A stretch of DNA of 53,256 bases from an uncultured Sangeribacter sp. (GCA_964396365.1 CAYNEZ010000001.1:1-53256); one strand, 5' to 3'; positions 28,058 to 38,672 are shown, numbered from the stretch's first letter. Notes: generated by a model not told the origin, from the letters alone. A program made the numbers and translations.

Positions 28058-30403
28058 TTATTTGAGGGAGTTTATTGGGTTGGTGTTGGCTGCTTTATGG
28101 CATTGGCTTACTACAGAGATGAAGCATATTATGATAGCGAGTAGGGCAGATGCTGCATATATCCACCAGTAGACGCTTATACGGTAGTTGAACTGCGACA
28201 ACCAGTCGTTCATTACATAGTAGATGATTGGAACAGATATGACAGCGGCTATCAAAACATAGAGCATGAATGTCCTGACCAGTTTAATGAGTATTTCCAT
28301 ACTGGAGCCTCCCATCACTTTATGAACAGCAATGTCTGCAGCTCGTTGACGGACATAGTAGGTACTCATTGCCATAAGTCCGAGCATAGAAATCATGATG
28401 GCTATCAAGGCAAAAATAGTCAGGATAATAGACAATTTCTTTTGGCTTTCAAAATCATCCTCAATTTGCTGGCGCATAAAGGGCATTTCAAAAGTTGCAT
28501 CGGATGCTTCTTTTGAATATATTTTCTCATATACTTCCTTGACTTTTGCCAGTGCTTGCTGCTCGTCACCATTTATTTTAATCAGTACATTCCATGGAAT
28601 AAAGTTTTCAAATGGCTTGTAAATCGCTATCCGTAAAGGATGCTGATCTGTCAATACATTTCCTATTTTCATATCTTCTAATATTCCAGCTATTGGAATC
28701 ATTTCTTCACCATAATAAAAGTCTTCAGCATCTTCATTGAGTCCAAGTTCATTTAAGGCTTGCCGGTTGATATAGTTTTTTTGTGTTGAAGCTAAATGAT
28801 TGTCATTTTTTAGTTTAATTCCAAGAATATCCATGAAGACAGAGTCACATATGAAGATTTGGAACGATAGAGTTTTCCCTTCGTAAGAAAATGTGTTGTT
28901 GTTTCCTCTGCTATGTGGCTCTCCACAAGAAAAACTAACTTTTTCCACGCATGTAAGCTTCATAAGCTCCTCTCTCAATAATAAGCCTATTTTGTTATCT
29001 TGACTATATTGATAGGGGATATTTATTATTCCTTCGAAATCATACCCTAAAGGAGCTTTCATAAGATGTTGAACTTGAAGATACATTGTGATAGCACATG
29101 CAATCATGACTATTGTAGAGACATTTTGAATTACAATAAAAATTTTTCCAAATATCATATTCGATTTTCTCCTAAAAGCACCCTTTACTGCCTCGATAGG
29201 TTTCATAGATGAAAGCAGAAGTGCAGGGATTATGCCGGATGTGACACTCATTATCAAGAGTGCGGAGATCAGGAAAGAAATAGTAGTGATGTTTAAGCAT
29301 CCTACAATATCAAGTCGTGTCTTAAGCAAAACAGACGCATAAGGTTGCACAATGAAAGCAAGTGCAATACCCAGAATCATTGAAAAAGCGCATAGGATAG
29401 TGCTCTCCAAAATCATACGCCACATTATACCTAATCGAGACTCTCCAAGCAGCCGACGGGTTGCCATTTCTTTTGCTCTCTTTCCGGCAAGTGCAACAGT
29501 CAGATTGATATAATTCATTATGGCGAAGAGGAGTATGACTAAACCAACGCCAAACAGCAATCTGATCATCTTAATATTGCCGAAATTTATATGACCGGAA
29601 CCCATATCTGAGAAGTATACTTCTCGGAAAGGATATACTTCAAGACGTATGTTATCTTCCGGGAGATTAAAAATCCAGAATACATTTTTTAATTCTTTTT
29701 CATAATCCATTTTCCTTTTGGTCAAATCGTGTCCCTCTTTTGCCAATAATATCATTTCTGCTCCGGATGCATTGCTTAAATGTTCATCCATCAGCGACCA
29801 GTTAGTGTCTTCTGTCTTCAAGAAATTCGCGATCATATCAACGGGTTTCTTGTCGTAGGTCATGAACGCCGTATTTTTCATAGGCTCCATAATTCCGGCA
29901 ACCACTAATGGTTCTCTCCTTTTATTTAAGACTACGCTTTTACCCATTGGATCTTCGTCTCCCCAAACTTTTCGTGCATATTCCTGAGTAACGATAACAT
30001 TTGAAGGATTGTCAAGTACAGTTTTAGGGTCTCCCTGGATTAATTTGAAATCGAAGATGTCATAGAATGTAGAATCAACGAAATAGAAATTAGTTTCAAT
30101 TGATCTATCTTCATAATCAATCCATTTATCATATCTATAAATACCTGTTGACGATTCAATCTCTGGAAATTTGTTCTTGAGGACAATTTGTTCACGCCAA
30201 TGTGCACCCAATGTTTTTTGTCCACGCATGTCAAATCCGAGATAATACATTCGGTCGGCTTTTGAATGTTGCTTGTCAATATGTGTTTCCTGCCAAGTAT
30301 AACATCCAATCAGAACCACAAACATGATGCTTATCGCCAATCCGAACACATCGATCGCAGTATAAGCCTTGTTTCTACTTAAAAATTTAAAATAGGATTT
30401 CAT
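28058..30403 (-). CDS. ABC transporter permease (duplicated MacB/FtsX-like)
   Basis: NYINL...KEMATRRLLG; second repeat IAVHKVMG; ends ANTNPINSLK. Confidence 0.95.
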   Translation of the reverse strand: MKSYFKFLSRNKAYTAIDVFGLAISIMFVVLIGCYTWQETHIDKQHSKADRMYYLGFDMRGQKTLGAHWREQIVLKNKFPEIESSTGIYRYDKWIDYEDRSIETNFYFVDSTFYDIFDFKLIQGDPKTVLDNPSNVIVTQEYARKVWGDEDPMGKSVVLNKRREPLVVAGIMEPMKNTAFMTYDKKPVDMIANFLKTEDTNWSLMDEHLSNASGAEMILLAKEGHDLTKRKMDYEKELKNVFWIFNLPEDNIRLEVYPFREVYFSDMGSGHINFGNIKMIRLLFGVGLVILLFAIMNYINLTVALAGKRAKEMATRRLLGESRLGIMWRMILESTILCAFSMILGIALAFIVQPYASVLLKTRLDIVGCLNITTISFLISALLIMSVTSGIIPALLLSSMKPIEAVKGAFRRKSNMIFGKIFIVIQNVSTIVMIACAITMYLQVQHLMKAPLGYDFEGIINIPYQYSQDNKIGLLLREELMKLTCVEKVSFSCGEPHSRGNNNTFSYEGKTLSFQIFICDSVFMDILGIKLKNDNHLASTQKNYINRQALNELGLNEDAEDFYYGEEMIPIAGILEDMKIGNVLTDQHPLRIAIYKPFENFIPWNVLIKINGDEQQALAKVKEVYEKIYSKEASDATFEMPFMRQQIEDDFESQKKLSIILTIFALIAIMISMLGLMAMSTYYVRQRAADIAVHKVMGGSSMEILIKLVRTFMLYVLIAAVISVPIIYYVMNDWLSQFNYRISVYWWIYAASALLAIIICFISVVSQCHKAANTNPINSLK

Positions 30404-30453
30404 ATATATTTATTTTTGTTTCGGTTCTATCAATTTAATGATATAGTTATTTT

Positions 30454-30493
30454 TTAATCGTTGTTCGTTAATCGTTAATCGTTAATCGTTAAT
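30454..30493. repeat. Heptamer tandem repeat (TTAATCG)n
   Basis: About 5.7 units, overlapping the adaptor gene's stop codon. Confidence 0.85.
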
Positions 30494-31737
30494 ACTTTGG
30501 CTTCTCCGTAGGATTCGTAGCCGTTGGTTATCACTCGCTCTCCGGGCTCCAAGCCTTCAAGCACCTCATAGTATTCCGGATTCTGACGTCCAAGGCGAAT
30601 ATTGCGTCGATATGCTTTTTTCCCCGACGAGTCAACGACAAAAATCCATTTACCGCCGGTCGCTGAATAGAAGGTACCTTTGGGAATGACCACAGCATCT
30701 ACCGGTTGTCCAAGCTGAAGACTTAGATAACAAGTTTGTCCGCTTCTAATATTATCAGGAGATTTATCCGTAAACACAAACTCAACCTTAAATTTCCCCT
30801 CCTTCACTTCCGGAAAAACCTTTCTAAGCCGCAAATTCATATTTTTGTCGTTGCGGGCAGATGTGGCAATCAGGTCCTTATGAACTCGATCAAGATAATG
30901 CTCGTCTATTTGTCCTGTCACCTTATAGTTGGTCAAGTCATTGATTTGTCCAATCTTTTGACCTGCACTGATGCTCTGCCCCAGTTCCACATCCAGTAGG
31001 CCCAGTTCACCATCAATAGGACTGACAACGTTCATCTGATCTTTTCGCTTGCGAATCAGCTGTATATTTCTCTGCATGTTGGCGAGATTGTCTTCCATTT
31101 GATCCACTTGTGCCAGCCGGTAGATGCTGTCTTGGTTGAGACGTTGATTGATCAGGGTCTGTCTTTTCAGAGCCAATTCATAATCCTCCTTGGCTTGAAG
31201 ATAATCTTCCTTAGCTATCAGCTTATCATCAAAAAGCTTTTTCTTTTGTTGGTAAGCACGCAGTTTTCTTTGCACTTCCAAGTCGAGTTGCACCTGTTCT
31301 GTGCGGTTGTTGAGACGATCCTGCTCCATTGAAATCTGGGTGTTGCGCAAGATGTTTTGCTTTTCTGCAAGTTCAGCCTCCGCATTTAGAATCTGCAGGT
31401 CAAGATTGCTGTTGCTTAAGCGTAAGATCACATCGCCTTTGTGGACCTGCGAACCCTCTTCAACAACCTTCTCCATCACTATCCCCCCTTCCTCCGGACT
31501 GATCTGAACTGTACTGATAGGTTCAATCCTACCATCAACCCTAACATAATCATCAAATTTCTGTTGTTTTACATCTGAAATATTCAGACCGGTCCTTTCT
31601 ACTTTATATGTTGAAGCAAGATCGCTCGTGGCGAGCCAAACGATAAGTGCAATAGCCAAAATCCCGCATCCTATATAGATCAAATATTTAGGTTTTATGC
31701 CTCTTATTCCTTTAGGCTTTTCAATTTTTACATCCAT
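30475..31737 (-). CDS. Efflux periplasmic adaptor subunit (MFP)
   Basis: N-terminal TM, lipoyl-like halves, coiled coil, EVLEGLEPGERVIT. Confidence 0.95.
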   Translation of the reverse strand: MDVKIEKPKGIRGIKPKYLIYIGCGILAIALIVWLATSDLASTYKVERTGLNISDVKQQKFDDYVRVDGRIEPISTVQISPEEGGIVMEKVVEEGSQVHKGDVILRLSNSNLDLQILNAEAELAEKQNILRNTQISMEQDRLNNRTEQVQLDLEVQRKLRAYQQKKKLFDDKLIAKEDYLQAKEDYELALKRQTLINQRLNQDSIYRLAQVDQMEDNLANMQRNIQLIRKRKDQMNVVSPIDGELGLLDVELGQSISAGQKIGQINDLTNYKVTGQIDEHYLDRVHKDLIATSARNDKNMNLRLRKVFPEVKEGKFKVEFVFTDKSPDNIRSGQTCYLSLQLGQPVDAVVIPKGTFYSATGGKWIFVVDSSGKKAYRRNIRLGRQNPEYYEVLEGLEPGERVITNGYESYGEAKVLTIND

Positions 31738-33050
31738 AATTTATTTCCTTTATAGTATTCCACGAGTTTATCTTTCAGTAAATAAAGCATCTGCTTTTGA
31801 AGCAGTTCCACTCTTGAAGAGTAATATGTGTTAGCGGAGAGCTGCAGATCAATTAGCGACATAAGTCCTTCCTCATATTTGCGTTTGTTCAGCCGATAAG
31901 CTTCAGAATCTGCATCTACCTTTGCTTTAAGCGATAATATTTCCATTGCATATCCATCGCGATCCATCACTGCGGATGCTATATCATCGTGCAATCGGCG
32001 TTGCTGCTCATTTAGTTGCTCCTTGGCCTGCCGGTATGCGTATTTGGCACGGTTTTTTCCGGAAATACGGCTGAGCCCTGAGAAGATAGGAATAGAAAGG
32101 GTTGCGGCAACGTATTCACCTCGGTTGTTGCGAAATTGCTCACCAAACATTGGAGTCGTATATTCCCCACTGAGATTTTTGAAATATGAAGTTGATATCC
32201 CGGCATTAAGGCTTAAAGTCGGCATCAAATACCCTTTGGCGATCTCGTAAGCATATTTGCTTGAAGTTGCCTGTATCTGAGCATCAAGTGTCTTGGGATT
32301 CGTATATATAGCATTGGCGTATATGCGTTCTGCGTCATCATCAGAATTTAGATGAGGGCTCAGATTGGATAAGGTGTCAAGTTCCAGGGTCTGTGAAGTG
32401 GGGAAGTTCATTGCCGATTTGAGCGTCAGCATTGCTTGGGCATAGAGGTTTTGCTGATGCACTAATGAATACTTGTCGCTTGCTACGGACGCTTCGGCTT
32501 CCACTACCTCTGGCCTCCCTTTTAGTCCCAATTTTTCTTGACTTTTTGTCAGCTTTAGCATTCCTTCGCTTTGTAGCAGTTTGTCTTCTGCTATTTTGAT
32601 CGAATTGTGATAGTAGATTGCATCAGCGTAAGCCATCATTGTAGATATCGCGCTGTCGTCACGTTTCATCTCCACGGAGTTGAGCATCCGTTTCCTTTCA
32701 TTTCTGGCTTGTCGGTATCGGTTTAGGGTTTGGCCTCCATCGAAGAGTGTAAGTGAAGCGTAGATGCCGTAGCCGTTGTTGAAAGTTGTGATGTCGTTGT
32801 AGGTGTTTGTTTCCGGATCGATATTACGACCCCAGCTGAATTGTCCGCCCACTTGAGCGGAAACGGATGGAAAGAAATCTGCAAGGGACTCGTTGCGAGT
32901 AGCATTGGCAGATGCCACATCCCATCGTGCTTGCACTACAGAGGAAGCATGCTCGGCAGCGTAGCTCATACACTGCTCCAAGCTCCACGTCTGCTGAGCA
33001 GTAGCCGTGATGGATAATGTAATTGAAATTGTAGTAATAATTTTTCTCAT
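31728..33050 (-). CDS. TolC family outer-membrane channel
   Basis: WSLEQC start, LTLFDG, IPIFSG and KYEEG repeats. Confidence 0.94.
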   Translation of the reverse strand: MRKIITTISITLSITATAQQTWSLEQCMSYAAEHASSVVQARWDVASANATRNESLADFFPSVSAQVGGQFSWGRNIDPETNTYNDITTFNNGYGIYASLTLFDGGQTLNRYRQARNERKRMLNSVEMKRDDSAISTMMAYADAIYYHNSIKIAEDKLLQSEGMLKLTKSQEKLGLKGRPEVVEAEASVASDKYSLVHQQNLYAQAMLTLKSAMNFPTSQTLELDTLSNLSPHLNSDDDAERIYANAIYTNPKTLDAQIQATSSKYAYEIAKGYLMPTLSLNAGISTSYFKNLSGEYTTPMFGEQFRNNRGEYVAATLSIPIFSGLSRISGKNRAKYAYRQAKEQLNEQQRRLHDDIASAVMDRDGYAMEILSLKAKVDADSEAYRLNKRKYEEGLMSLIDLQLSANTYYSSRVELLQKQMLYLLKDKLVEYYKGNKLWM

Positions 33051-33066
33051 AACGCTACTAATACTC

Positions 33067-33082
33067 GCAATCGCCGTGCCAA
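33067..33082 (-). promoter_or_regulatory. Sigma54 -24/-12 promoter
   Basis: TTGGCACGGCGATTGC on the minus strand matches TGGCACG-N4-TTGC exactly. Confidence 0.9.
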
Positions 33083-33135
33083 AAACATAATTGATTGTTC
33101 GTTAATAGTTAAGCGTTGGCCATTTATTGGATGGT

Positions 33136-33176
33136 GTCAAAAAATCATACAATCCATAGTCAAAAAATCATACAAT
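33136..33176. promoter_or_regulatory. Tandem enhancer (UAS) sites
   Basis: Exact 18-bp direct repeat GTCAAAAAATCATACAAT at 33136 and 33159, upstream of the sigma54 promoter. Confidence 0.7.
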
Positions 33177-33182
33177 TCTACA

Positions 33183-35600
33183 CTATGGCACTACATCGGG
33201 CCAGCTGTGTTTAGGATATCGGCGGCGAAGCTCCTTGCGGACCTCGAAATAGGTGTTTTGCCAGAACCCGGCCATGTCTTGGGTGAGCTGTACGGGCTTG
33301 AATCCGGGTGACAAGAGTTCCATCAATACCAATCGCTTTCCTTCATCGACGCGAGGTGTCTCTTTAAGTCCGAAGCAATCCTGAAGCCGAGCGCTGACAA
33401 CCGGTGCTTCCGCACCACGCCTATACTGGATGCGTACATTGCGGCCCGAGGGCAATTTAATATGTGTAGGGACTATTTTATCAAGTGCTTGCTGTTGCTC
33501 ATAGCTAAGCATACCAAGTATAACATTCCGCATTTCTATCTTGCGCAATTCCTGCACTGTCGATGCGCGTCCTATGTAAAGAGGTAGCCATTCTCTTACA
33601 TTTGCAAGAATGGTTTCTGTAGCAACATCGGGTAAGTTGAGTTCAGGATGCCAAGATGCTGCGACGGCTATCCGGAGTTGCAGTGCTTCTACGTCTTCAT
33701 TGAAATCAAACATCGTCAAACCCTCTTTCGGAGCTGCGCCAGCTATCGCTTCCGTAATTTGATTGCTTGCATTTCCCTGCAATGGTCGATTTGCCAAACA
33801 TAGAAGTCCTAAACGCAACTCTTCACGTACTACAGCTTTACCCTCTTTGCTATTCCACATTGCACATTCCATCCATTTCCCTTGCGACATTACAAAGTCC
33901 TTGTCTACAGGAGCAGCTAAGAAAATGCGTGTGCCCATCGAAGCTACAGCAAGAAATTCATGACGTGCAAGATCGTCTGTCGGGTGTAGCGAGACGAGTT
34001 TACCTCCTTGAGCAAGCCGGTAATGACCATTGTTATCACGCATTGCTATTCTCTCAGGATAAGCTAAAGCCACAAGTCTACCGATTTCTTCAGGCATGGC
34101 ATCCCTACAGTATTTTTGTGCTTTGACAAGCCGTAGGTACTGACTGGCAATACTATCGATTTTCTTCCATTGGAAGGGGATTTTGCCATTTCTGAATTGA
34201 TGAAGCATTGAAATTCGAGTCGAGATATCTGCATCTGATTCATAAATCAGAGGGTCTTTTTCTTCCAATATTTCAGCAATATCGCATGCGAGCGCTTTCA
34301 TCTCGCCTGCTTCAGTCAGCATATTAGCTATTCGAGGATGGCAAGGCAATTGAGCTATTCGTTCTCCGTTTTTTGTTAGTCTGCCGGCATTGTCAATAGC
34401 TTCAAGCATTCGAAGCAGACATTTGGCATTTTCCAAATGGCCTGCCGGGGGAGGTGTGATCCAAGGAAGGCGCATCGGATCAGTCTCGCCCCAAGCCACG
34501 ATGGTAAGCATCATCGAGGAAAGGTCGGATGATTCAATCTCAGGTTGGCGGCTTGCCTTCATTCTGGATTCAGTAGCTTTAGTCCAAAGACGATAGCATA
34601 TTCCGTCCATGAGGTGTCCTGCCCTGCCAGACCTTTGGGTGGCCATATCCATTGAGATTCTGGAAGTCGAAAGACGACTCAATCCCGTAGAAGGTTCAAA
34701 CACCGGAATACGATACAGCCCCGAATCAATCACTACAGAAATTCCGTCGATTGTCAGGGAAGTCTCTGCAATAGGTGATGCCAGTACCACGCGGCGTTTT
34801 TCTCCTTCAATTGGTGCTAACACTCGCTGTTGCTGCTCAGGAGGAAGCATTCCATATAGGGTAAGGATCTCTATATTTTCTAATGAAGCGCCAAGTAGTT
34901 CGTGACATTTCAAGATTTCTGCTTGCCCTGGAAGAAAAGCCAAGATATTTCCATCATGTTGCCGTATAGCTTTCTTGACTGTGCTTGCCACCGCAGAAGC
35001 ACAATCTTTGAAATCAAAATCCTCTCCGTGAATGATCTTCACGTCAAATCTCTTTCCTTGGCTTTGCAGATGCCGGGCATCCATCTTTTTGCATAATGAC
35101 TCGGCATCAATGGTTGCCGACATCACAAGTATTTTGAGATCCGGACGGATTACATTTTGAATTTCTCGAGTAAGAGCGAGTGAAAGATCGGAAGAAAGAC
35201 TCCTCTCATGAAACTCATCAAAAATCACTACAGACACTCCTTCAAGAGTTGGATCTTCTACAAGCATGCGTTCCAAGATTCCTTCTGTGATCACTTCTAT
35301 TCGTGTGGAGGGTGAGACTCGGGATTCAAAACGAATTCTGTAACCTACAGAATCTCCAATTATTTCTCCTAACATAGAGGCCATTCTCTCTGCCACTTGT
35401 TTGGCTGCAATTCTTCTCGGCTCCAGCATCAATATTTTTCCTTCCGGAGTACTTTCTAAGAGAGAAAGAGGGAGTAGAGTTGATTTTCCGGCTCCCGGCG
35501 GAGCAGTCACAACAAGACGGGGATGCCTTGATAATGAAGTATTCACTTCATCGGCAATGTCTGATACGGGTAGATGTCTGAACCTCTCGTGTATTTTCAT
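33183..35600 (-). CDS. hrpB: ATP-dependent RNA helicase HrpB
   Basis: APPGAGKST, DEFHER, MSAT, HPR and C-terminal RYPKHSWP. Confidence 0.96.
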   Translation of the reverse strand: MKIHERFRHLPVSDIADEVNTSLSRHPRLVVTAPPGAGKSTLLPLSLLESTPEGKILMLEPRRIAAKQVAERMASMLGEIIGDSVGYRIRFESRVSPSTRIEVITEGILERMLVEDPTLEGVSVVIFDEFHERSLSSDLSLALTREIQNVIRPDLKILVMSATIDAESLCKKMDARHLQSQGKRFDVKIIHGEDFDFKDCASAVASTVKKAIRQHDGNILAFLPGQAEILKCHELLGASLENIEILTLYGMLPPEQQQRVLAPIEGEKRRVVLASPIAETSLTIDGISVVIDSGLYRIPVFEPSTGLSRLSTSRISMDMATQRSGRAGHLMDGICYRLWTKATESRMKASRQPEIESSDLSSMMLTIVAWGETDPMRLPWITPPPAGHLENAKCLLRMLEAIDNAGRLTKNGERIAQLPCHPRIANMLTEAGEMKALACDIAEILEEKDPLIYESDADISTRISMLHQFRNGKIPFQWKKIDSIASQYLRLVKAQKYCRDAMPEEIGRLVALAYPERIAMRDNNGHYRLAQGGKLVSLHPTDDLARHEFLAVASMGTRIFLAAPVDKDFVMSQGKWMECAMWNSKEGKAVVREELRLGLLCLANRPLQGNASNQITEAIAGAAPKEGLTMFDFNEDVEALQLRIAVAASWHPELNLPDVATETILANVREWLPLYIGRASTVQELRKIEMRNVILGMLSYEQQQALDKIVPTHIKLPSGRNVRIQYRRGAEAPVVSARLQDCFGLKETPRVDEGKRLVLMELLSPGFKPVQLTQDMAGFWQNTYFEVRKELRRRYPKHSWPDVVP

Positions 35601-35606
35601 TAGTTT

Positions 35607-37874
35607 CTAATGGATCTGGATGAATGTTGGAACAGATGTTTTGCCGGATTTGCAGAGTATGGCTTGGATGGTCACTTCTCCAGTTGGAAGAGCAATGGGA
35701 CCGGTGTATATGGATGAGCCGTAGAGGGATGGCCTTGTGCCATCAAGGGTATAATGTATTTCTGCATCGGGGTAGGGACTATTCATAAATATCTTGCCGT
35801 CTTTAATAAGGATGCCTGGTTGACGCAAATGCCATTCAGTATCATTCTTGCTTAGTCTGTCGAGCTCTTTCGTCCCAATAAGCATATTGAAGTCATTTTC
35901 AGTGTAAGTAGGAGTGCCATTCCATCCTCTTTCTGCAAGTCCAAGGCATTTCGGGAAAAGCAATCTATCCATATCTTGCCGGTTTCTGATTGTCTCTGCA
36001 AAGAGTTTGCCGGAAACACCAATCACTTTACCTTTCTCACTCCCATCAAGAGGACATATGGAATCCGGATAGCCTGCCAATGTTCGCAGTTCATCAGTGA
36101 AACCTCCCCAGAACAATCCCTTCTCCTCGGGATGAGGTGCATAAAGCATATCCATGTAGAAGAAATCGACATTGCTTATGATGACAGGATAACCAGCTTT
36201 TACACCCTTAACCGCGACATTGTCGGCTAAATCATGTGGAGAAACCCAACAGTCCATACCCCCGATAGTGGGAGCAACCAACGTATGGAATTCATCATCA
36301 TAATCAGTGCAAATATCCTGCCATCCATAAAGTGGAATGCCGCGCTCTTTCATTATCGCAGATATCCGCTTTACGTATTCTCCCTGCAGCTCATGTCTTC
36401 CTTTCAGCCCGAGGTGTTCACTCAATTCGTTGGCACTCTTGGAACCATCCCATGCTCCTTCAGGCACCTCATCGCCTCCCAGATGAATACCCTGAAGTTT
36501 TACTCCGGCTTCCGCATACATTCCAGCAATCTCGTCTACCACTTTACTAATGAAACGGTAGGTGCCCGGTAATGATGGATTCATAAGATTGTCATGATAA
36601 AACTGAGCTGTGGAATATTGTGAAGTGTCACCGTCTTCGATCATTCTATAAGTTTCGTCGCCGGTATTTCTATATCTTGCCTCCATTGCTTTTATAGCAG
36701 CACGAGCATGTCCGGGAGATTCTATCTCTGGAATTACAGATATTCCTAACGAATCGCAATATTTAATGAAATCAATGAATTCCTGACGGGTAAAGAAACC
36801 ATTGGCCGTAGGAATATTTTTATCAGGATCGCCGGTTCCTGCAAAAATATCGGGTAAAAATTCATGACTATCTAATGTATAGCCACGTCTTGAGCCAATG
36901 TCGGTAAGTTCAGGGAGTCCCGGGATCTCCAGTCTCCAACCTTCATCGTCTGTGATATGGAAGTGAAGGCGGTTGAAACGATAGTCTGCCATAAGTTCAG
37001 CTATGTGTTTCATTGTAGCAGGAGTCTGAAAATTGCGGGCTATGTCTATCATCAGTCCACGGTAGGGATAATCGGGCCAATCCTCAATCACTACGCATGG
37101 CAGAGTTTTCGAGTCTGACCCGAGAAGTCTGCGGTTAAGCATCCGTATTCCACATTTGATGGCATTCTCAGAAGCTCCCTCTATTAAAGCTTTGTCAGGG
37201 GTCAGTGTAATTCTATAAAATTCAGGATTTTCATTTTCAATAAGTGCTGTTTCTATTGGTGATCCTTCCAAGAATATACCCTCCTTTATATCTACTCTTT
37301 TAAATGATGGCACGATATCATATGGTCCTGGAATGCGGCCATTTGCAAGCCTTTCATTCAGTCTATAGATAGAATCTGCTGAGATAGTCCATTTCATCCA
37401 TTCCGAATCCTTGATAGCAGCCTGGATCATCGATTGCTTGTCGTGCAGAGCGACGGGAATGAGCCGTCCTCCTTTAGTGACGGCATGAAATGACTCCGGA
37501 CCTTCTGAAACGCTTCGAAGTGGCCACTCACTTTCCACATCTATGATAATGTCGTTCTTGTTTGTACCAAAGTGAGGGGATGTCAGGTAATAATATCCTG
37601 CATTTATTTTTACAATGGAATCTCCATCGGAAACGATTTTCAAAGGACGTGGAAGTTGGGCAAAGCAGAGTCTTTCAATTGAGTCAGCATGATTTACAAT
37701 GAAGCGCTCGATACACCTCTCATCATCTGTGATAAGTTGCCAACTTATTGTTGGAAGTTCACTTGAAATAAGGATAGATTCTTGATCATATTCAGAAGTG
37801 GACTTGATTGCAGAAGAGGATATGAGAAAGGATGTGGCCGCCAATGCCATTGATAGTTTCAGTTTACGCTTCAT
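35607..37874 (-). CDS. GH20 beta-N-acetylhexosaminidase
   Basis: RGLMIDIARNF, HITDDEGWR, PEIESPGH, HLGGDE; C-terminal YTLDG domain. Confidence 0.95.
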   Translation of the reverse strand: MKRKLKLSMALAATSFLISSSAIKSTSEYDQESILISSELPTISWQLITDDERCIERFIVNHADSIERLCFAQLPRPLKIVSDGDSIVKINAGYYYLTSPHFGTNKNDIIIDVESEWPLRSVSEGPESFHAVTKGGRLIPVALHDKQSMIQAAIKDSEWMKWTISADSIYRLNERLANGRIPGPYDIVPSFKRVDIKEGIFLEGSPIETALIENENPEFYRITLTPDKALIEGASENAIKCGIRMLNRRLLGSDSKTLPCVVIEDWPDYPYRGLMIDIARNFQTPATMKHIAELMADYRFNRLHFHITDDEGWRLEIPGLPELTDIGSRRGYTLDSHEFLPDIFAGTGDPDKNIPTANGFFTRQEFIDFIKYCDSLGISVIPEIESPGHARAAIKAMEARYRNTGDETYRMIEDGDTSQYSTAQFYHDNLMNPSLPGTYRFISKVVDEIAGMYAEAGVKLQGIHLGGDEVPEGAWDGSKSANELSEHLGLKGRHELQGEYVKRISAIMKERGIPLYGWQDICTDYDDEFHTLVAPTIGGMDCWVSPHDLADNVAVKGVKAGYPVIISNVDFFYMDMLYAPHPEEKGLFWGGFTDELRTLAGYPDSICPLDGSEKGKVIGVSGKLFAETIRNRQDMDRLLFPKCLGLAERGWNGTPTYTENDFNMLIGTKELDRLSKNDTEWHLRQPGILIKDGKIFMNSPYPDAEIHYTLDGTRPSLYGSSIYTGPIALPTGEVTIQAILCKSGKTSVPTFIQIH

Positions 37875-37954
37875 TTTTGCTTCGTTAGAGTAGTTGATTT
37901 TGTTTTAAACAACTTCAATGGTTATAAATAACCATTGCATAATATGCAATAAAG

Positions 37955-37976
37955 TATTAACTTTGCAAAGTTAATA
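37955..37976. promoter_or_regulatory. Palindromic bidirectional promoter core
   Basis: TATTAACTTTG|CAAAGTTAATA carries TAACTTTG on both strands between divergent genes. Confidence 0.75.
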
Positions 37977-37981
37977 AAATA

Positions 37982-38650
37982 ATGGTTATTCAAAAAATGA
38001 AGACTAAAAAATTTTTTGTGGCAATGTTTGCCTTATTGGCACATTGTGCTTATGGTCAGACACTTGAGAAGATGAACTGGTTTAATGAGCCGGAGAATTG
38101 GAATATCAATGGAGGTAAGCTTACGATGGCTGTTACTCCTAATAGTGATTACTGGCGCATCTCGCACTACGGATTCACCGTAGATGACGCGCCCTTCTAT
38201 TATGCTGAATATGGTGGAGAATTCGAGGCAAAGGTGAAAATATCGGGCGACTATAAGGTGAGATTTGATCAGGCTGGTATGATGATCAGGCTTGACCATG
38301 AGAACTATATCAAGACAGGTATTGAATATGTAGATGGCAAATACAATCTCAGCACTGTTGTGACTCACACGACTTCTGACTGGAGTGTAATTGCTCTTGA
38401 CCGTCCGGTAGATTTTATCTGGATTAAGGCAGTGCGCCGTCGGGATGCTGTTGAGATTTTCTATTCTTTCGACGACAAGGAATATCATATGATGCGCAAT
38501 GCATGGGTTGAGGCCAATCATCCTGTGAAGGTTGGTATGTTTGCCGCCTGTCCTGATGGTAATGGCTTCAATGCGACATTCTCAGACTTTAAAGTCACTC
38601 ATTTGCCTGATGCAGTAAGGACTGAATGGCTTAAGAATAATGCAGAATAA
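37982..38650 (+). CDS. DUF1349 domain protein (concanavalin A-like)
   Basis: DYWR, FDQAG, KTGIE and SDWS motifs; signal peptide (start may be 37997). Confidence 0.88.
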   Translation: MVIQKMKTKKFFVAMFALLAHCAYGQTLEKMNWFNEPENWNINGGKLTMAVTPNSDYWRISHYGFTVDDAPFYYAEYGGEFEAKVKISGDYKVRFDQAGMMIRLDHENYIKTGIEYVDGKYNLSTVVTHTTSDWSVIALDRPVDFIWIKAVRRRDAVEIFYSFDDKEYHMMRNAWVEANHPVKVGMFAACPDGNGFNATFSDFKVTHLPDAVRTEWLKNNAE

Positions 38651-38672
38651 CTCAAAGTATCTGAGATATTAG

